64,000 bases of DNA, from the NCBI GenBank assembly GCA_964035545.1, contig OZ037766.1:6810722-6874721 (forward strand). Direction: 5' to 3'. Under the pieces are notes generated by a model. The model saw only the letters and a list, made by a program, of their open reading frames with translations. It made no database searches and was not told where the DNA came from. The stretch's first letter is position 1; every line of letters starts with the position of its first letter. Source of the DNA: Bugula neritina. Its lineage: Eukaryota > Animalia > Bryozoa. Made by a program: the position numbers and the translations under genes. Shown here one piece after another: positions 53,189 through 64,000 of this stretch.

Positions 53189-56100
53189 ATGCCTAAACAC
53201 AAAAGTGTTGGAGGTCGAAAAAGTGTAAAAACGAGAAAGGTCTTTACTCCGAAAGCTAAACCCATATATAACTCAGATGAAGATGTGCCAGATGAAACAG
53301 CAGATTCCTTCTACAAAGATGATATAGATCTTCATGGTGAACAACGTATGTTATTTTACCCCACCCTATTATATAGGCATTTGGATAATGCCTAAATTAT
53401 TATAAGTTCATAGTATAATATTTATGTTTTATTCTTTAAAGCTGGCAATTTTTTTTTAATTCAATGTCATGGAGTAAACCATCAATAGCATGATTTTACG
53501 ATGAATTTATAATTGATTGGTCTGGGGTTTTAGCTTTGTGTCAAATCATTACTTGCCGCCATGTGACTTTTCTTGCAATATAATTATTATCACATTTAAG
53601 TTTTTAACTGTTCAGTTGAGAGGTCTTTTATTTGTTGTTTTGTGAGTTCAACTTTGCAATTGCAGGTTTTCTAAAATTTGATTGACTAGTTTAGAAATTT
53701 TGGAATTTATTGGAAACACCGAGCTATCATATCAGGTGTTGAAAACAACTTAGAAGTATGCAGTAAACTCTTATTCACTAAATAGTTAGTATTTATAAAG
53801 AAATAGTTTTTCACTAGACTAGATATCTGATTTGTAATATCTTGTACCCTGGTGTGGTAGTTGGCCAAAGTTCGGAAGATGATAATGGTGATATCCCTGT
53901 GGCTAAGGCACCATCCAGAGAAGCTGTGTACGACTTCTCAGATTCGGAAGAAGAGGAAGAACTAGAAAATAGACTCAAGAAAATAGAAGCCAACATTCGT
54001 CGTAAGCAAAAGGTTGCTTTATAACTTAAGGTTTTGCATAGGGCAATGCTCTATGCTCTCCTTTTTTATACCACAAATGTTTTTTACATTTACAAATATA
54101 ATTTGTGATTGTTCATCATTCCCCCTCCCCAAGTGATTTCTCAATTATGGACTTTAGAGTTATCTGCTTATTGCATAATTCGCTGTTCATTTTTTAAATA
54201 AATGCTTCAAGTTTAAATTTTCATAATATGCTATAATAAAAAGTCTTAGTAATTAGTAAACCATAACCATTTCTGGTTTACAAATTGGATTTCAATTTTT
54301 CAGCCCTAGCATTGTTGGCAAGTGTACTACAATAGTGTGTCATTGGCTAGAAGACCATTTATTTTGTCCGCTAATGTGCAGCGTTTGTTGGCAGCACTCT
54401 GACAGCAGTGAGTCAGATCTTGAAGAAGATGACAGGATTGAAAGCAGATCCAAAGCATGGGGAAAAAAGAGAGATGATTTTTATGGTGCTGATGTGAGCA
54501 CTAAGGTTGATTTGGGTGTGTCCTCCGGAGATGAAGAAGCAGGTAAATCCTTACATTTCTGATTAGGGAAGAGTGGGGTGGGATATCTATGTTTTTTACA
54601 AACATGTATGATAAGTTTAAATTGTTAAATTAAAACATGGTATTCCCTGTTTTTCTTGGTAGGATAGTTTAAATACATTAATTATATTCAATTCTAAAAC
54701 TATTGATTTGTGCTACATAATTTCTTTAATCTTGCAAGTTTGATGATGATGCTATGCTTTTTGAGTTTGATAAACAGACAAAAAAAATTGTACCAAATTA
54801 GACAACAATAGCCAACATGCTGGCAGCTTATATGAGCTAGCTTATGTGCTACCAATGCTAATGTTGTTGATGGTGGCTGATTCAGATGCATGAACCAACT
54901 CGAATGTACATTATACCTTATACCGAGCTTTTAATATAGAAGCAATATTTTAGTTTATTAAAATGAAGTTTTCTTAATAATTTTCTCGAGTTTTCTTGAA
55001 TTAGTATAAAGTGTATTGTATATTTCTTATTCTTTGAAATTAGAGGCAAGAATGGAGGAAGAAGAGGCTAGATTGCAGCAGCAGAGGCTGTTGAGTGAAA
55101 TTGATGAAAGTGATTATTATCTATTCATGGACAAGCCTGAAGATGCTGCAGTCAGCGCTGACAATACGGAACTGGCTGAGGTCAGCAGTTCTGGTCCTGC
55201 CGTTGTCATACCCACAGACCTGTCCACCCTCTCAGATAAGGAGAAAGAGGCACTGCTTAAGCAGAAATACCCAGAATTTATGGATTTAATGATTGACTAT
55301 AGAGACACGATGATTGAGTATCAAAAACGTGTTGATCCATTGATCTGGGCACATGACAAAGGGCTGCTCCCTGATACTGATGGTATTAAACTAATACGCA
55401 TAAAAGGGGACACCATGTTCAACTACTTCATGTGCTGTCAAATGTACCTCATACTAGTAGCAGAGAAGACTAATTTAGATGGACACCCGGTATTTGATAG
55501 TCTGGCCAGGTTCAAGAAGCAACTCAACCTGATTGGGGAAGCAGAAAGTAAAATGAAGCCAGAACTAGATGAAGTGTTGAAAAAGGTATGACTTTTCTGT
55601 TGATTTGTTTACATGTTGTGAGGTTTTTTAAAATGTCCTTCACTTGTGCACCATTGATAATTTGAGTTTTAAAAAGCCAAATATTTGATTACCAAGTAAC
55701 TTGTGAGATATAATGGACTTCCAGTGTAGTTATCTGTTGACAATGGCATCATTGAGTATGTTAAGTTGATTGCAATCATGTTAATGGTATGGATTTAGCT
55801 TGCTGAAGGTCGATATTCTGAAGTCCGGGATATGACACATGGTAAGAAAAAAGCAGCTTCACATGTAAAAGTTCCTGCTAAAGACAAGGAAACTACTTCA
55901 AGAAAAGATAGCAAAAAGGCAACCGCTAAAGTATGCATTATAGTTGTTTTATTGCTTTTATGATTTGAAAATGCATTACATGTAATATATTGGTGTCAGT
56001 TTTTTCTAGGTAGTATCTAAAACACTAGTTTTAAATTATCAATTTTATGTCAAATATGTTTCTAAAATGTAAATGCTGCTCAACACCAAAACCTGGACAA

Positions 56101-57425
56101 AACATTGTAATGTATCTGACAAATAATGCTGTTGACACTGGATTGTTATTTTCATTCAAGAAGTTTTGTTGATATTGGAAACAATTATGTTATGGTTGTG
56201 AAAGTTGCATATAGGTTTGGGGAAAATTATGTAGCTGAAATGATGGCCATTTTGTAAACTCTTTTAGACTGTGAAATTTAAGAAAACAGCTGTACAGCCT
56301 GCAACTAAGGCTAAAGAACAGAATTCTAAGACTGTGAAGTCTTCATCAAAAAGCAGTGCCACTACATTGAAGAATGGTGCCACTATGTCAAAGAGTGTTA
56401 CAGGGAAGCGAGGTGCTGCCACTCTACCCAATAAAAAAGTACGGCATATATACTCATTCCTTGATCAATACACAAAACCATAGACATGATGATGTAATAA
56501 GCTAGTTCTATTTTATAAATCAAATTTATTATTCACTTTCCTGTACAGGTACAGCATGTAATTATGGACATATGTGACATAGTATTTTCTGTGCTGATCT
56601 AGAAACGTCTGCAGAGCCTACTTGATGAAGACGAGGAGGAAGTAGGTGGCGCCACAATGGAGGAAACAGTTGAGCCAGACTTGGAAGATATGACGGGCGG
56701 GGAGAAGGAAGCTCTCGAGTTCTATAATCTAGTCAAGAAAAGGCGGTTGGCTGGCCAAGCTGAGGATGAGGGTGAAATGGGTGAGTGATAACATGGCAAG
56801 GAGCTGCTATGGATTGTCTATTATAAGGGCTGTTGCTCTATTCGGATTACAGCTAAGCTGTTAAATTATGCAAGTGTGTGATACATTTTTTCACGACCAG
56901 TAAAAGTTGTTGATAAATGGAGTCATGTGAATGTAGGTACTGAGATGGAAGCCTTGCAAGACGAGACAAATAAAGCTGAAGAGGAATGGGACAGTGAAAA
57001 GAGAGGTGTGACTGAAGAAATGATGAAGAATAGAGGTAAGCCCTTCATATGGTTACACCGGCTAGCGTGTATGTAGTGTAATGTGTTGTAACCACTTAGC
57101 TGGTGCTGGTGGGTTACTCACTAATTGAAGTTTAGTATACTCTGATAGGAAAGCTAGAATTGATAAATGCAAATGGTTTAGTTTACAATAAGATAAGCTG
57201 CGTACTTTGTATTATATTTCTGCAATTTGTTCATAACTTTAAGGTCTCACTGCGAAAAGACCCAAACATCTCAAGAATCCTAGAGTGAAAAATAAGTTGA
57301 AGTATCAGCGAAAGAAGAAGATTCACAAATCTATGGTTCCCAAAGTGCTCACAGAAATGAATAGATATTCTGGAGAATCTTCTGGTATTCGAGCTGGAAG
57401 AATCAGGAGTGTGCAGCTTAGCTGA
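53189..57425 (+). CDS. UTP3: SAS10/UTP3 small-subunit processome component
   Basis: Approximate exons: 53189-53345, 53861-54012, 54394-54541 (AWGKKRDDFYGAD), 55044-55585 (EEEEARLQQQRL...PEF...HPVFDSLARFKKQL), 55799-55930, 56268-56438, 56603-56780, 56937-57035 (KRGVTEEMMKNR), 57244-57425 (GLTAKRPKHLKNPRVKNKLKY...YSGESSGIRAGRIRSVQLS*, the Sas10 C-terminal domain). Confidence 0.93.
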
Positions 57426-57551
57426 AACCCTTTTCCTGTTACCTATGTATTAATATGTGGATATAATAAAATTATCTGGTAGCTGAAATTTCTGGTGTGA
57501 TATTTCGGGCTTGAAATGAAAAACCTTTAATTTAAAATTATAGCAATACAT

Positions 57552-58500
57552 GTTTGTTTGTTTGTTTGTTTGGTTTATTTCATCAAAGGTATTTAATAAC
57601 ACAAGGACATTAGAAAATGCCAAGGAGGCGATGATGAGGCCCATTGCGCTATAGCCTAGCTAGTCATGCGCGGGCCAACACGAGCTGACAGCGACTCTAT
57701 CCAGAAAAATACAAAAAAAAATACAACTATTCTAACAGATAAAGCCTCAACTTCCTCCCAAATTCATTAGGGTTGCTAATTGACCGTAAAGGGATTGGCA
57801 GTTCATTCCATAGTGCCACCTCCTGATAACAGTTTCTTCTGTGACCTGCTGCTGTTTGAGAGTGAGGAAGGGGGAGATTTATGAATGATTGACGTGTATT
57901 GATAGAGTGAGTGGGAAAAAAATTGTCAGAGTAGAAAAAAGAATGAGCTTTCTTTAACACTTTAAAACGGTAAATCTGGTATATTGAGAGAACTTTATGC
58001 TTAGTAAATAGAGGCGCTGATGGATGGTCAAACGGTTTTTTGTTCATGATACGCATTACCTTTTTTTGAAAAATAAAAATCTTGTTTAGATGGGTATTAG
58101 CTGCATTTCCCCAGGCCTCTGCACAATAATTTAACTTGGAATTGATGAAAGAATTATATATCAAAAGTAAAATTTTTTGAGGGAGATATTCAGAACATCG
58201 GTATATTAATCCACTAAGTGGTCGTAATTTTGTAAGTAGGTTTGAGATGTGCAAGCTCCAATTTAAATTTTTATCTATTTGTACACCTAGAAAAGTTATG
58301 CTGTTAGAGTAATTTATAGGTCTTTTATTTAATAATATACAGTTTTCTAGAATTTGAAAAGGATTTTGGTAGTTTTTTAAAACAATATAGTTGCATTTTT
58401 CATAGTTTATAGTGAGTTTGTTTTTATTGCACCAAATTGACAGAGAGTTTAGATCTTGATTTATAGCTTCCAAATGGGAGTTCAAATCTTTTGATTCAAA
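57552..58500 (-). mobile_element. 5'-truncated L2/CR1-group LINE (RT C-terminal part), antisense, just downstream of UTP3
   Basis: ORF 57727..58665 contains INQDLNSLSIWCNKNKLTINYEKC...FLGVQIDKNLNWSLHI...YNSFINSKLNYCAEAWG...FQKKVMRI...LWNELP, an uninterrupted RT thumb/C-terminal region. The 3' end reads AATAAAC followed by a (CAAA)n tail at about 57552-57579. Confidence 0.9.
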
Positions 58501-60605
58501 TTGTAATAAAATGTAACATACAGTGTGGTGTTTTTCTTGGGTTAATATATACTTAGTACTATGTGCAAAAGTAGTACAGTTTGTTTTGTAATTCAATTGG
58601 CCAAAATAATGCTGAGCAGCACTATTGTGCAATATTGTAAATTTTAATATCAATTTACAATGCATTACTCTACTAAAATATGACTATGAGCCATTGAAAA
58701 TTTACAGTTGCATGCAAAATTTTATAATCTTGCTTTATTGGGAGAGGGTAAAAGTACTAATTTTGAAAATCACAAGTGGCTGCTTGACACGGGCAAGACA
58801 ACGTGATGTGGGCTTAAAACAAGCACTTCATGTTGTATGTTGGAACAACAAATTGATTTTTTATAATGTTCAAGTCTGGAGGAAGCACATTCGTCTATTA
58901 AACAACTAGAAAAGCACAAAACGGAGTGTGTGCTATCATTTAAGTTTCTTATAAACCCAGAGTTGATTGATGTTCTGTGGCTATTGAACTTCTAATCACG
59001 CGAGGATGCTAAAAACTCGCATCAAACTTGAATAGGCACAAGGAAAGATAACCCTGAGAAAAAATAACCGTGCTGGAGCAATAGGCTATTGTAGCCCTAA
59101 AATTTACCAAATGAAAGATGAGTTTTATAATAATATAATACAAAGCCTTCCTTGTAAAGCACTAATGTATCATCGTTATGTATTATTTCCTCGTCTACGA
59201 AATCGCTGTAAATTTCTGTTGGTATATATCAGTACAAATTTAGCTAATACGTATCCATTTTGTAATTGTTATATATATATTTTTTTGATTTTTGTTAATG
59301 GTGAATATAATTATAATAAGAGCTATAGATTTAGATAATTATTTTGATAATCAACATTCATTGGTCTTTGAGTTTGAGCTTGCTACGTTCACGTTGTCAT
59401 TTTGATTTAGGCATTTATGATTATTTTTGTGCAACTCTGTTAAATTTTACTTGTAGCATACATATAATAATTATTATTTCATTTAGTTTGAGAATCAAAA
59501 TGAGTCTTGGTTTTCCCTTTGGCCTTGGTCTTTGCGTCAAGCCTAGGTGTTGCTCATACTGATACTGTCATACTCACTGACACTAACTCCAAGTGATTAA
59601 CACTAAGTGACTAACAGTAACAGCAAATGTAATACTAATAGTTACACTTACGTTATAGAAATACTTATACACTAATAATAATAATGAAAGTAAAACTAAA
59701 AGTAAATCTCTTAGTATTACTCTGTTTCTGACTATCAGTATCACTATGGTTCTACCTTCTAAGTCTATCAGATAGTATGACTATGACTATCAGTATAAGT
59801 ATCACTATGAGTATGAGTATCAGTATAAGTATCACTATGAGTATGAGTATCAGCATGGTGATCACTTGATGATGATAGCTAATACTAATAGTCATAGTTT
59901 AAGTTTAGAGTTAAGTTAGTACAATATTAAATATAGGTAGTAGTATTATGCTAATTTTGCTTCTTTCATTAGCTATACTAATACTTGCAGCTTATGACCA
60001 TTATTAATACTATTGTCTAACAGCTTACAGTTACTATAAGACATGCAAATAATTTTTTTTTTTCTGGTCTCATAATGTAATTGCACAGGTCTCACAAATC
60101 ACAAGCACTTTTCAACTGTCTAAAAACTAAAGTCTTGAACGAAATTGCTTATATTATTCTTGCTTCTGTTTCAGTATTTGGGTAGAATTATCTCTGGTGA
60201 TTTGCAAATACAGGTTTAGCCATTCTAGTATTTATATTACAATTATACTGGGACTATATATGCACATTAGAGGATGTTTAGGTAACCTGAACATATTAGC
60301 AGGGTTCAACAAAATGAAAATGCACTTCAGCTCAACTTTAATGATAAGATTTATCTAACTTATAATAGGATAATCAAATGATTTTTATGCTAATTTGAAC
60401 CTGACTAGGCTGATTTTCTATTTATCTGCAATGCTGTTAAGCTATATTATGCCTCAATACCTCCTTCTCCCTGCTTATTCGCTTATAGTTGCAGGTTTTG
60501 TTTTGTGTTAAATAAACTAAACTAATTTTGTAAATGATATATCTTTGCAGTAAATATTTTTATTTAAACACTATACTATTTTTATTAGAGTTTATAACTA
60601 TAAAG

Positions 60606-63050
60606 ATGATCTTAGAAGTTTCTGGTGGCGTTCTATCTTCGTTGATATTTGATCAGCTTCATACAACATCTGATCAGGTATTTTTCAATATATTATATGT
60701 GCATTATATGTTACATTCGTCTTTTTTAGTTCTATATTGAGTGCAAAAGGGTGTTACTTGTTTATTGCATATTATATACTAAAAATGAGTTATGAAAAAT
60801 CTTTTACTTTATGGTTGATTGTTGCGAGTGATTTGGTTGTAGGAAGGACTTATAATCGGCACAGTTAGAGTTCAGACTGAAAATGTCATAAGTGATTCAC
60901 AGATTGACAATAAAAGTGAACGGATAATTTATGGTGAGATACATGCAAGTTTGCCAATATGTTTTGTTTGGTTGATTTGTTCTGGTTTAGTATGCTGAAG
61001 CTTTATATTTTATGTTATTGCAGAAGTTGAAAAAACAGTTGTATGTCCAAGTCTCCGATACTTTTACGACAAGAAGGGGAATATATTGATAGAGAAACTA
61101 CGAGAATTGCTTAGCTACTTCCCATCCAAGGTGTTATATTATTGAAAGCTATAATAGTTACTAAGTTTTATTTAGTTTTGTTGATGCTTACATGTTTTAT
61201 TTGTACATAGCAGCTTACCTGCATAAAGAAATTTAGACCTTTAATCAGTGCAAAATATTGTGCAGTATTTATATTGACTGGAATCAAGTGAATTTAATAT
61301 CTCATCACTGTTTCTGGAGTTTATTGTAATTAAGATTATAGCTTCATTGCTTCACACCATCTAATTAACACTAGTGTAACTAAACCAATAATTATTGTTA
61401 TATAGCATTTGATTGGCTGGTATAAGTCAAGACAAAACACACTGCTTGACATGTCCTTATGGGAGAGGAAAGTTCACAGAAGTTTGTGTGACTATATCAG
61501 GTCTTCTCAGCCGCTCGTTACAGGGAAAGAGAAGATAAATCCTATATTTGCTTTATTCACTACGGAGCACAATCAAGTTCTGTCTAACAGAGTAGTGAAT
61601 AAAGCCTTCTATAGTTACAACAGCACAAGCAGGTCAGTTAAAATCTTACTATAATGTATGCTGATATTGCACATTTGCAATATATTGCTTTTCTAAAATA
61701 TAATCTGAAATATGAATTTAAACTGACGAAAAATTATACATGTATTATATGTATTAAACATTTTTTGTTGTATAACAAAATTTTAAAAGTCACACTGGGC
61801 CAAGATTCAAGAATAGTTAAGCAGAAGGTTGTTACTTCAATTTTTTGGGGTAAAGCTCTCAATTTTTGCTCATATATACCAGAAAAATGAGAAGGTGTAG
61901 CATCAGTCCGAACGATGTAGTGTTTTCAGCTGCTTATAATACATTTGTTTTCTTTAGAAAACCACCAATGAATAACATAATTAAATTTGACTTTAATATT
62001 AGCAGAAAACGGCTTACTAATTGTGCTGTGTTACGTAGTACTGCAGTTTCTATTTATCAGACTAATATTAGAGATCATTTTCGCCCAAACTGCTTCGTAA
62101 AATGTGACTCAAACATTCGAGTATGCGCCTACTTTTGCTAACCATGTGCTTGAGTGAGTTTTGTTTAGTGTGTATGCATCTCAAATAATGCTAAATATTG
62201 TGGATTAAAGTATTTAGCAGTTATCTTCTCTGGTCATTTAGTGCTCGCAATATATGAATTGATTTAGGCATAATATCTATAATATACATCATATAATAAT
62301 AATATAGTATTTCCTCTTGAGTTGAACCAATCATAGTTTACTTCTGCTTCCATTTCTAGACGGTGGATTCCTGTGAAGCCAAAGATTGTAAATTTAGGTA
62401 ACACCACGTCATATTATAAGCAAACAAGGTCAGATGTCATCCCTGAATGCCAGTCAATATTAACTAAATATGAGTAAGTTATTTGCAGCTTGGTAATGCA
62501 TTTGGTTATACTTGTGTGCTTTGTTCCTTGTTGTAATGAAATTCGTTTTAAAGTAAAAGTCGTATTTTCAAATATTCTACATAATGGCGAAACATTGTAT
62601 TTTAATTATTTTTTTGTTTTTACAATTACGTTAATTTCTACTTTCCCAATTTTCATACTTTATTAAACTCAGCTTGATCAACAAAATTTTAAGTGCTTAA
62701 TGAAAACTCACGCAAGTTTATACTCACCATCCCTGTGAGAAACCCCTTACGGAAAGGGCTTTTGTTAAATCTGGCTAAGGATTTATTCATATGTGGTACA
62801 GAAGCAATTATGAATGGATGCTCTTCCTAACATCACCAATAGCCTTTACTGGAGATTGATCCCATGACTTCAGGTTCACTAAGCTAGCATTCTAACCCCT
62901 AGACCACAGTTGCTCCTGTTAGGTCCTGAATATGCTGATAGTAAATCCCGTTTACTTCTTAGGCCACTGTTAGTTGGTAAAGACACCCGGGATGTTGGTC
63001 GCACTGAGCAAATAGACAGTCTGGCAGGAGACATGTGTGCCAAGCTACAG
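60606..63050 (+). CDS. ABRAXAS: Abraxas family (FAM175A/B; BRCA1-A/BRISC scaffold, MPN- domain), 5' portion
   Basis: Approximate exons: 60606-60677 (MILEVSGGVLSSLIFD), 60843-60933 (EGLIIG...ISDSQID), 61024-61130 (FYDKKG), 61406-61632 (IGWYKSRQNTLLDMSLWERKVH...FALFT), 62360-62472 (IVNLGNTT), 62903-63050. These match the Abraxas motifs SG..L..L.F, EG.L.G, ISDSQ, GWY..R.N, NLG. The C-terminal coiled coil is not seen, so the gene probably continues beyond the window. Confidence 0.88.
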
Positions 63051-63544
63051 GTATTTCTAGATGATTTATTTGAAGCGGTTATAATATGTAACATTACTGT
63101 GGTTGTGCAAAACTAGTTCTATTTTTAACTCTAAATTGTTTGTGGTAGCAATAAGTTACTTTCAGAATGCAAAAAACAATAAACATTATTGATATTGCTT
63201 TACAACTTGAAAGTCATTTAGATTTGTCTTCTCAATGAAGTATTTAGTTATAAAACACTCTGATTGGACTGTTCAAATAATACGTTGAGTAATAGCTCTG
63301 TGTACAAATGATTTATTATATCTATACCTATTTGGAATATTAAGTTCTTGGAATTGTATTGCTCTATGGCCTATGCAGTTGAGCTGTTTTCATATTTCTG
63401 TATAATATGCTATAAGACTTTTAAATAATACAAAATAAAAAGTAATGCCAATCTGCTTGCTAATTAGCCTACAATCTCTTATTTCATACAATCTTAGTTA
63501 TGAATGTGTTATTGCTTGCATATGCTACCAATGACAAGTGTGTT

Positions 63545-64000
63545 GTTGTAGGATATATATGTTGATATTGTAGGATATATGTTGATATTAAAGGATATAT
63601 ATGTTGATATTGTAGGATATATGTTGATATTAAAGGATATATATGTTGATATTGAAGGATATATGTTGATATTAAAGGATTTATATGTTGATATGGAAGG
63701 ACATATGTTAATATTGTAGGATATATGTTGATATTAAAGGATATATATGTTGATATTGAAGGATATATATGTTGGTATTGAAGGATATATATGTTGATAT
63801 TAAAGGATATATATGTTGATATTGAAGGATATATGTTGATATTGAAGGATATATATGTTGATATTGAAGGATATATATGTTGATATTAAAGGATATATAT
63901 GTTGATATTGAAGGATATATATGTTGATATTGAAGGATATATATGTTGATATTGAAGGATATATATGTTGATGTTGAAGGATATATGTTTATATTGAAGG
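63545..64000. repeat. 20-22 bp minisatellite (GGATATATATGTTGATATTGAA)n running off the window end
   Basis: About 21 directly visible tandem copies with a variable TA count. Confidence 0.95.

Noticed and set aside
63545-64000. Regular repeat array that might be taken for a CRISPR array
   Set aside because: Head-to-tail units with no unique spacers, no cas genes, and a eukaryotic context.

Overview
AT-rich, intron-rich eukaryotic genomic DNA from an invertebrate animal; the species cannot be identified from the window. Exons were spliced by eye using GT/GC-AG junctions and reading-frame phase, and family calls rest on recalled conserved motifs, not database searches. In order, the window holds: the 3' part of POGLUT1/Rumi (+); tRNA-Gln(TTG) (-); a very large OTULIN-family deubiquitinase with an intact Cys/His/Asn triad and a hydrophobic N-terminus (+); a RUFY (RUN-coiled coil-FYVE) gene (+); an ABCG2-like half transporter with a GC-AG intron (-); ANAPC11 (+); RMND5/GID2 (-); a 136-aa single-pass membrane protein resembling KCNE/MinK K+ channel beta subunits (-); SAS10/UTP3 (+); and the 5' part of an Abraxas/FAM175 gene (+). 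Mobile and repetitive DNA includes three 5'-truncated LINE ends (one with a 15-bp TSD), a hAT MITE with an 8-bp TSD, a dispersed ~40-bp hairpin element, and several micro- and minisatellites. The most notable observations are (1) the KCNE-like gene, (2) the apparently membrane-anchored but catalytically intact OTULIN, and (3) a recurring 0.4-1.3 kb block of hexamer-like micro-duplications and near-spacerless palindromes upstream of the coding start of most housekeeping genes.
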